From the NCBI RefSeq assembly GCF_000143415.4, contig NW_003314642.1, positions 1 to 8,025 of the forward strand: a DNA stretch of 8,025 nt. The letters are read 5' to 3'. The notes under the pieces are model-generated. The model was not told the origin of the DNA, made no database searches, and saw only the letters and a list, made by a program, of their open reading frames with translations. Positions 1-5,860 of the stretch are shown piece after piece. Made by a program: the position numbers and the translations under genes. Position 1 is the first letter of the stretch; each line of letters starts with the position of its first letter. The stretch comes from Selaginella moellendorffii. Lineage: Eukaryota > Plantae > Lycopodiophyta.

Positions 1-708
1 TATTGGTAGTTGAGACGTTGTTGCATCAGTGAAGGTGACTATGCCACTCGAGTTCATTACCAACCTGGAACTTTGGCTAGTTGAGTTGTTTGAGCCAGTT
101 GATGATGAAGGCAGATTCTGTGGGATCGTCCAGTAGCTTGTTAAATTCTTCAACTCGGGAGCAGCCAAGAATATAAGCTGTGCCGAAACATCAGTCATTT
201 GCAAACTGTATCTCCCAGATATCAAGGCTTGCCTGCCTTTGAAAACCTGATCTTGGAGCAACGTATCAGTCGGGAGGTCGAAACTTTGCCACAAAACTGA
301 ATTATTGCTGTGTTTGAGCACAAGATTTCCATCATCTTGCATGTCCAGTCTCACACCAGAGCAATTGCTGCTCTTGCAACTCACGATGACTTGAGCCACC
401 CCATTATCCAACACAAACAATCCTTGGGCTTCATTAAGCACAAGCTGGGCATTTGCAGTCACTCCTTTGAGAGCAGTGGCAGTCCAGATAATTGTCTCAA
501 CGGAGCGGACCCTGATTGCAACATTCAACTTACCAGGAGCTCCAGTGTCATTGACGAAACCAAACCCAAAGGTCTTCCCTGGTGAGATCAGGATTTCATC
601 CGCCTTGAGAGACTGGCCTGTTTGAATGCTGCTGCCCCTTTCAATTTCGCTCGCTAGAACTGCCACTGGCACTATCAATATGAACAAGGCGACATTACAG
701 AATGCCAT
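1..708 (-). CDS. 5' part of a G-type (bulb) lectin S-domain receptor-like protein/kinase; 3' end lies outside the window
   Basis: Manual translation from the ATG at 708 is open to position 1 (236 codons). It gives a signal peptide (MAFCNVALFILIVPVAVLA) and a B-lectin domain (LISPGKTFGFGF...IIWTA...LDMQDDGNLVL...LWQSFDLPTDTLL...YW...RLVMNSSGIVTFTD), clearly paralogous to 957-3338. It is absent from the ORF track because there is no stop in the window. Confidence 0.9.
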   Translation of the reverse strand, partial: MAFCNVALFILIVPVAVLASEIERGSSIQTGQSLKADEILISPGKTFGFGFVNDTGAPGKLNVAIRVRSVETIIWTATALKGVTANAQLVLNEAQGLFVLDNGVAQVIVSCKSSNCSGVRLDMQDDGNLVLKHSNNSVLWQSFDLPTDTLLQDQVFKGRQALISGRYSLQMTDVSAQLIFLAAPELKNLTSYWTIPQNLPSSSTGSNNSTSQSSRLVMNSSGIVTFTDATTSQLPI

Positions 709-759
709 TGCGGTCTTGCGAATTTTACGATAGAAAATGTTTTGTAAAGGTCCTCTCCC

Positions 760-900
760 CTCCGTGTCATGCACGGTCACGACTTGAAGCAGTCAAAAAG
801 CAGACGTCTATATCTTGACTTGAGGTTCTTATATCACGACCGGTTGGAGCGTATCCACATTAGATAACAATTCTAAACGAGACGAGTGGTTTGACTCGCT
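760..900. promoter_or_regulatory. W-box (WRKY site) cluster upstream of the 1-708 receptor gene
   Basis: AGTCAA at 791-796, TTGACT at 815-820 and TTGACT at 891-896, all within a 248-bp intergenic region. Confidence 0.55.
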
Positions 901-956
901 CCTGGAATAGCTAAGATTTCAGTTTTTATGGCCTGAAGGTTCCATGTCCTCACACC

Positions 957-3338
957 TCATTCAATCATCCTTGGGAAAGGTGGCTCTGGCACTGGGACAT
1001 TTTCCTCAAGCATCTCCACGACCTTGCTCATGTTGGGCCTGAGGCTTGCATCGGGCTGGACACACCAAAATGCAACCCGCAGGACCATGTTGAACTGGAC
1101 CATATCGATCTTCTCCGCCATCTTTGTATCCGCGATGGAACTCACACTCCCAGCTACATAGTGCTTAAAAGCCCAGATTGGAAAATGCCCGCGTTCCGAG
1201 TTCGTGGCAGGAGCGCCATCGACTGGAATTATTTTTCCGCCACTCAGCAGCTCGAAGAGGACCATGCCATAGCTGTACACGTCCACCTTTGGAGTAATGG
1301 TGACGTTGCGGACCCATTCCGGTGCCATGTATCCTCGAGTTCCTCGCACCATGGTCACGTTTATGGTTCTTTCTCGACTGGCCAGCTTCGCCAGTCCAAA
1401 GTCAGAGACTTTTGGACAGAACTTCTCGTCGAGGAGGATGTTTTGAGGCTTGATGTCGCAGTGGACGATGCATTCCTGGCATTGTTCATGGAGGTAGGTT
1501 ATTCCTCGGGCGATGCCCACAGCGATTGAGAACCTTGTTTTCCAGTCACAAAGACTCTCATCGATGTCTTCGTTTGAGATTATGGATTTCTCCAAGGAAC
1601 CGTTTTGCATGTACTCGTACACGAGCAGCCTGTGGCTTCCTTCGGCACAGTATCCTAGCAGTCGAACCAAGTTGATGTGGTGGATATTTCCAAGGGTTGT
1701 AACTTCGGCTTGGAACTGCTTCTCTGCTTGAATCTCCATCTCTATGTTTTTCACGGCCACGATAATACCATCTGGGAGCAATCCTTTGAAAACCGTGCCA
1801 AAGCCTCCAGTTCCAAGCTTGTCTTTGAAAAAGTTTGTAGCAATCTCAAGCTGGTGATACGTAAACCTTGTTGTGCCTCCCTCAAACTCCATTTGTTGTC
1901 TGATGTGCCTTACTTTTTCCTTGACGTGGTGTCCATAGACAGCTCCACAAATCAAGAACACTAAAAGTTCAGCAATGGCAAGCGCCACGGCCAACTTATG
2001 CTTGATCGGTACCTCCACCTCCTTCACAAACAAGGTTTCCACATTGTTTGTTGCATCCATGTCTGTAACATATAAAAGTTGATTTAAACTGTGATCATCC
2101 TCGGCTGGCACGGAAGTATCTGATGCAGAGACTTTCAGAAAGAACAGATTCGGCCCAGATGCAATCTGGAAGCCATTATAAATCACTTGCTTTGGTCCCC
2201 TGGTTGAATCTGGACCCTTGAGAAAGCATTGCCCTGAGCCGTCAGCTCTGTAGGCTATCCCAAGGCAGCCACAATTCTCTTTGCAGAGACTCTTGCAATC
2301 TTCAAGGGATATGACTGAGATGTACGTCTTGTCATTGTAAGTATAGTCAGTTCTTTCCAAACGCACCCATCTGTTATCGGATCCATTGCAGCTTTTCAAG
2401 GGGACATTATACTCACACCCTTTGGAATGGTCACCTGGATCCACAAAGTGAAACCCTGGAGGACAAGTGCAGACGAGACCAGGCCTGTATGTGCAAATCC
2501 CGAAAGGTCCGCACATCCCAAAGACTTTGCAGTCAGCTGTCAATGCTTGCCAAACTATATTCCACGAGGAGTTATCCTGGGTAAGGCTGTAAACTCGTAG
2601 AGTTCCATTGCGTTCTAGAGTGAGTCTCCTCGCTACCTTTGGAGTTCCAAAATCCAGCACGTAAAAGTACGAGTTTTGTTCCCGGTTAATGTACCAGGGC
2701 CCTTGACCGTCGGTGAAAGTAAGAATGCCGGTCGAGTTCATCACCAACGTTGATGCGTTGTTGGAACTAGTCGGGGATCTCTGGACATCCCAATATGATT
2801 GAGAATTGGACTCCGGAACTGCATAGCTTTTTAACCCTATAGAGTTTTGGTTGAGGTACAAACTAAAGCTCCCCGAGCGAAGGATATCTTTGTTGCCTTG
2901 GATGAGTTGGCCTGTGAGCAAGGTATCGGTTGGGACATCGAAACTTTGCCAGCTGCCACTGCTTGATATGACCACAAAGTTACCATTGTCCTGTAACTCC
3001 GCACTTGCAACACTAGGAACATTTGCAATCGTTATTAGTTGGGCCCCGTCCGAGACAAATAGGCCCTGGGCAGTGAGTTGGAGGCGAGCATTAGCAGTAA
3101 AAGCAACGCTAGGTGCAGCTGGTGCAGTCCAGACGATTGTCTTCAAGTTGATGTGGTGGAACCTGATCACTAAGGTGAACTTACCAGAGGCTTCATCATC
3201 GACAAATCCAAGCTCAAAAGTGTTGTCTGGCGAGACTAGGAATTGATTTACTGCGAGAACATCCCCGACTTGCAACGATGATTTGCCGTTGGCAAGCACT
3301 ACAAGAGCAGCAGCCAAGAACAGCAACAGCAGCGGCAT
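957..3338 (-). CDS. G-type lectin S-receptor-like Ser/Thr kinase (SD-2-like, non-RD), intronless, 793 aa
   Basis: Signal peptide; B-lectin (LQDNGNFV, WQSFDVPTDTLL); S-locus glycoprotein region (RRLTLERNGTLRVY); EGF-like (CKVFGMCGPFGIC...CTCPPGF...GC); PAN/Apple (CKSLCKENCGC...CFLK); TM helix (LAVALAIAELLVFLICGAVY); kinase motifs GTGGFG, VAVK, HCDIKPQN, DFG, GTRGYMAPE, DVYSYG. Confidence 0.97.
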   Translation of the reverse strand: MPLLLLFLAAALVVLANGKSSLQVGDVLAVNQFLVSPDNTFELGFVDDEASGKFTLVIRFHHINLKTIVWTAPAAPSVAFTANARLQLTAQGLFVSDGAQLITIANVPSVASAELQDNGNFVVISSSGSWQSFDVPTDTLLTGQLIQGNKDILRSGSFSLYLNQNSIGLKSYAVPESNSQSYWDVQRSPTSSNNASTLVMNSTGILTFTDGQGPWYINREQNSYFYVLDFGTPKVARRLTLERNGTLRVYSLTQDNSSWNIVWQALTADCKVFGMCGPFGICTYRPGLVCTCPPGFHFVDPGDHSKGCEYNVPLKSCNGSDNRWVRLERTDYTYNDKTYISVISLEDCKSLCKENCGCLGIAYRADGSGQCFLKGPDSTRGPKQVIYNGFQIASGPNLFFLKVSASDTSVPAEDDHSLNQLLYVTDMDATNNVETLFVKEVEVPIKHKLAVALAIAELLVFLICGAVYGHHVKEKVRHIRQQMEFEGGTTRFTYHQLEIATNFFKDKLGTGGFGTVFKGLLPDGIIVAVKNIEMEIQAEKQFQAEVTTLGNIHHINLVRLLGYCAEGSHRLLVYEYMQNGSLEKSIISNEDIDESLCDWKTRFSIAVGIARGITYLHEQCQECIVHCDIKPQNILLDEKFCPKVSDFGLAKLASRERTINVTMVRGTRGYMAPEWVRNVTITPKVDVYSYGMVLFELLSGGKIIPVDGAPATNSERGHFPIWAFKHYVAGSVSSIADTKMAEKIDMVQFNMVLRVAFWCVQPDASLRPNMSKVVEMLEENVPVPEPPFPRMIE

Positions 3339-3398
3339 TTCTTATGTATTGCACGAAGTCACAGACTCACAATATTGGGGGCTCCTCTAGACTATCTC

Positions 3399-3457
3399 AA
3401 ATGTGTTGACTGACCGGGCACGGTCAGTCAACACATTTCTCGGCTTTTGACTTGACA
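3399..3457. promoter_or_regulatory. Perfect 18-bp inverted repeat built from W-boxes, plus a tandem TTGACTTGAC, about 60-120 bp upstream of the receptor kinase ATG
   Basis: AAATGTGTTGACTGACCG (3399-3416), loop GGCA, then CGGTCAGTCAACACATTT (3421-3438). TTGACTTGAC follows at 3447-3456. Confidence 0.7.
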
Positions 3458-3549
3458 AGCGCGTTATCTTAAGAAACTCATGCCCGTCAGATCGAACCAG
3501 ATCTAACGGCCAAAAGCTTGCTCTAGCTGAAATGCCGGCATCTCGTACG

Positions 3550-4539
3550 TCAAAGGGTAGAGCACTTGTTCACGAACTGGATCATCTCTCCATACGAGTA
3601 ATCCATTTCTCCCTCGACCTCTGGAAACAGCAAGAAATGGCCGCGATTTGGATACTCGACCAGCTTTGCATCCTTCCCAGCTTTCCGGAGCTCCTCGTAG
3701 TACTCCACCTGGCGGCTGTGGAGCACGTCTCGAGCTCCCACCACCACCAGCGATGGCGGCATTGGATCGATCTTGACGATCTCCTCGGCACTTGGAACTC
3801 TGCAGTACTCGTGGTCGCGGTTGGTACCCTCCGGGAGACAGAATCGCCAGAAAGTATCGCAGTCCGCGAGCGTGAGAACGTCGGGCTGGACGAGCGACCG
3901 GATCTCGGACTTGGATCTCTCCTCGGCCCCAAAGAATGGAACCACTGGGAAGAGTCCTTTGATCTCCAGCGGCGAGAGGTCGCTGTGGATAGATCGGGCA
4001 GCCATGTAGTGGACGATTGTCCCTCCGGCGCTGCCGCCCATGAGGAAGATCCGGGAGAAATCGGCGTTTTGGAGCCAGGGGTCGCGATCCATTGGCGATT
4101 TCTTGGCCTGGGACTGAAGCCACTGGAGAGACACGAAAGAATCATCGAATGCCACCGGGAGGCGGTGCTCCGGGGCGAGCCTGTAGGCGACGGAGACGAC
4201 GATCATCCCCATTTTGTGGGAGATTCCACTGCAAAGGCCATGGAAAATGCTCGAAGCAGGGGAAAAGGCGACGAATCCACCGCCATGGAAGTAGACGAGA
4301 AGCGCGTGCTTGCCAGTGGAGCTAGCATCATGGACCACGGTAGCCGATTTGGGAGCGAAGATTCGAGCCCACATTCCCGTTCCCTCGTCCAGAATCACGT
4401 CCTTGCATCCAATCTCGTCCTTTTCGAAGCTGGGATCAGCAGCGCAATCGGGCCACTGGGGCTTGCTCGTCCGGACGACTCTGCCATCGCTGTAGTGCTG
4501 GACGCCTCTCACATCGCCCAGCAGCTCGCAATTCACCAT
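3550..4539 (-). CDS. Plant carboxylesterase (CXE / GID1-like, HSL-family alpha/beta hydrolase), intronless, 329 aa
   Basis: LLVYFHGGGF oxyanion motif, VVSVAYRLAPEHRLP, GGSAGG nucleophile elbow, catalytic Asp (GARDVL) and His (NRGHF), W..LP.G.NRDH motif. The ORF-track start at 4560 is GTG; the first in-frame ATG is at 4539. Confidence 0.95.
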   Translation of the reverse strand: MVNCELLGDVRGVQHYSDGRVVRTSKPQWPDCAADPSFEKDEIGCKDVILDEGTGMWARIFAPKSATVVHDASSTGKHALLVYFHGGGFVAFSPASSIFHGLCSGISHKMGMIVVSVAYRLAPEHRLPVAFDDSFVSLQWLQSQAKKSPMDRDPWLQNADFSRIFLMGGSAGGTIVHYMAARSIHSDLSPLEIKGLFPVVPFFGAEERSKSEIRSLVQPDVLTLADCDTFWRFCLPEGTNRDHEYCRVPSAEEIVKIDPMPPSLVVVGARDVLHSRQVEYYEELRKAGKDAKLVEYPNRGHFLLFPEVEGEMDYSYGEMIQFVNKCSTL

Positions 4540-4597
4540 TGCCGCCCGCGCAGAACTCACAAGAAGGACGAAGAATTTAAAACAGAGAGCCGGCGTT

Positions 4598-4783
4598 GGA
4601 GCCCTAATCCGTCCAAGAACCCTAAAGAACGATTTTCGGGCCGGCTATAGATTCCTTCATCCAAATGCACAACAGGAAACAAATTTTCTTCTACATCTCT
4701 CAAATATTTTTTTCATATATAATATATAAAACCATGGAAAATCAATTCTTGCCAACAGGAGCCCTAATCCGTCCAAGAACCCT
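4598..4783 (+). repeat. Perfect 26-bp direct repeat, copies 160 bp apart
   Basis: GGAGCCCTAATCCGTCCAAGAACCCT at 4598-4623 and at 4758-4783. Confidence 0.95.
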
Positions 4784-5315
4784 CCAACTGGACAATGCAA
4801 TGGATGTAAGATGGGTTTCATACAAGACTACCAGGGGAGAAAGAGGTGAGTGAATGAGCAACTCAATGTGGAAGAGGCTAGATAGTCACTGGAGCACTAG
4901 TTATGCATGGGACCATGCTCCTGAGCTTCTAATGAACAAAGATATCTTTTGAGTCACGACAACACTTCCATACCATAGGCCTCTTTGAATGTTGGATGAT
5001 CACGTCAATTAGTGTGTCCCTGCGTTCCTCCATCAAGGGAAGATGGGTGCAAGGAAGTACAATCAAAGGGGAAGATGGCAAGGTCTTGTGCTTGGAAGTT
5101 TAGTGCAGGGAAGTACAAATGGAGTTGGAGATGTGTTCTGTATTAATAGATTCTTTCCACCTTGAATTGGCATATGGAGAACAAGCACATTTTTTGCTCA
5201 TGTTTATCTACTGGCTGCCATGTGAAGAGGATGTATGCTAGGAGGATTTGGCATGTGCTGGGACTGCTTTTTAAAAGTTCATTTTGGGCTTTCACCCCAC
5301 AAAAAATGCATAAAT

Positions 5316-5860
5316 TTGCATTCTCATCACTCTTGTATTGGCGAAGGTGAAGTCAAGTGAATATTGGTAGTTTGAGACGTTGCTTGCATCAGTGAAGGTG
5401 ACTATGCCACTCGAGTTCATTACCAACCTGGAACTTTGGCTAGTTGAGTTGTTTGAGCCAATTGATGATGCAGGTGGATTCTGTGGGATTGTCCAGTAGC
5501 TTGTTAAATTCTTCAACTCAGTAGCAGCCAAGAATATGAGCTGTGCCGAAACATCAAACTGTATCTCCCAGATATCAAGGCTTGCCTGCCTTTGAAAACC
5601 TGATCTTGGAGCAATGTATCAGTTGGGAGGTTGAAACTTTGCTACAAAACTGAATTATTTGCTATGTTTGAGCACAAGATTTCCATTATCTTGCATGTCC
5701 AGTCTCACACCAGAGCAATTGCTGCTCTTGCAACTCACGATGACTTAAGCCACCCCATTGTTCAACACAAACAATCCTTGGGCTTCATTAAATACAAACT
5801 GGGCATTTGCAGTCACTTCTTTGAGAGTAGTGGCAGTCTAGATAATTGTCTTAATAGAGT
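5316..5860 (-). pseudogene. Truncated, degenerate duplicate of the lectin domain of the 1-708 S-domain receptor gene
   Basis: 5362-5860 aligns to 1-506 with about 27 substitutions by manual count. Lesions: TGG>TAG stops at 5838-5840 and 5642-5644, a 10-nt deletion at 5556/5557 and a +1 T near 5660. Receptor-like translation (NYQYSLDFTFANTRVMRMQ) continues to about 5316. Confidence 0.92.

Noticed and set aside
310-585. 91-aa + strand ORF and its 87-aa twin at 5631-5894
   Set aside because: These are antisense shadows of the receptor lectin domain and of its duplicate. They have non-ATG starts, and their similarity simply reflects the DNA duplication.
1161-3246. Several short ORFs inside the receptor kinase gene
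   Set aside because: Antisense or alternative-frame by-products with no domain features.
957-3338. Self-incompatibility S-locus (SRK) call
   Set aside because: SRK is an intron-containing RD kinase of the SD-1 clade. This gene is intronless and non-RD, and no SCR-like gene is visible.
3399-3438. Hairpin as a rho-independent terminator or miRNA precursor
   Set aside because: The locus is plant nuclear DNA, and an 18-bp stem is too short for a plant pre-miRNA.
3550-4539. Calling the hydrolase GID1 (gibberellin receptor)
   Set aside because: The catalytic His is retained and the GID1 N-terminal lid sequence is not recognisable, so no gene symbol was assigned.
3532-4650. 372-aa + strand ORF, plus 3503-4123, 3582-4145 and other ORFs overlapping the CXE gene
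   Set aside because: Shadow ORFs caused by stop-codon scarcity in a GC-rich coding region. They have no recognisable motifs, whereas the CXE frame has full family signatures.
4598-4783. CRISPR-like repeat-spacer interpretation of the 26-bp repeats
   Set aside because: There are only two copies, the spacer is 134 bp, the context is eukaryotic and no cas genes are present.
4900-4950. APELLM peptide on the + strand resembling kinase subdomain VIII
   Set aside because: No flanking DFG or D.WS.G motifs are in frame, and the match is too short to support a kinase fragment.
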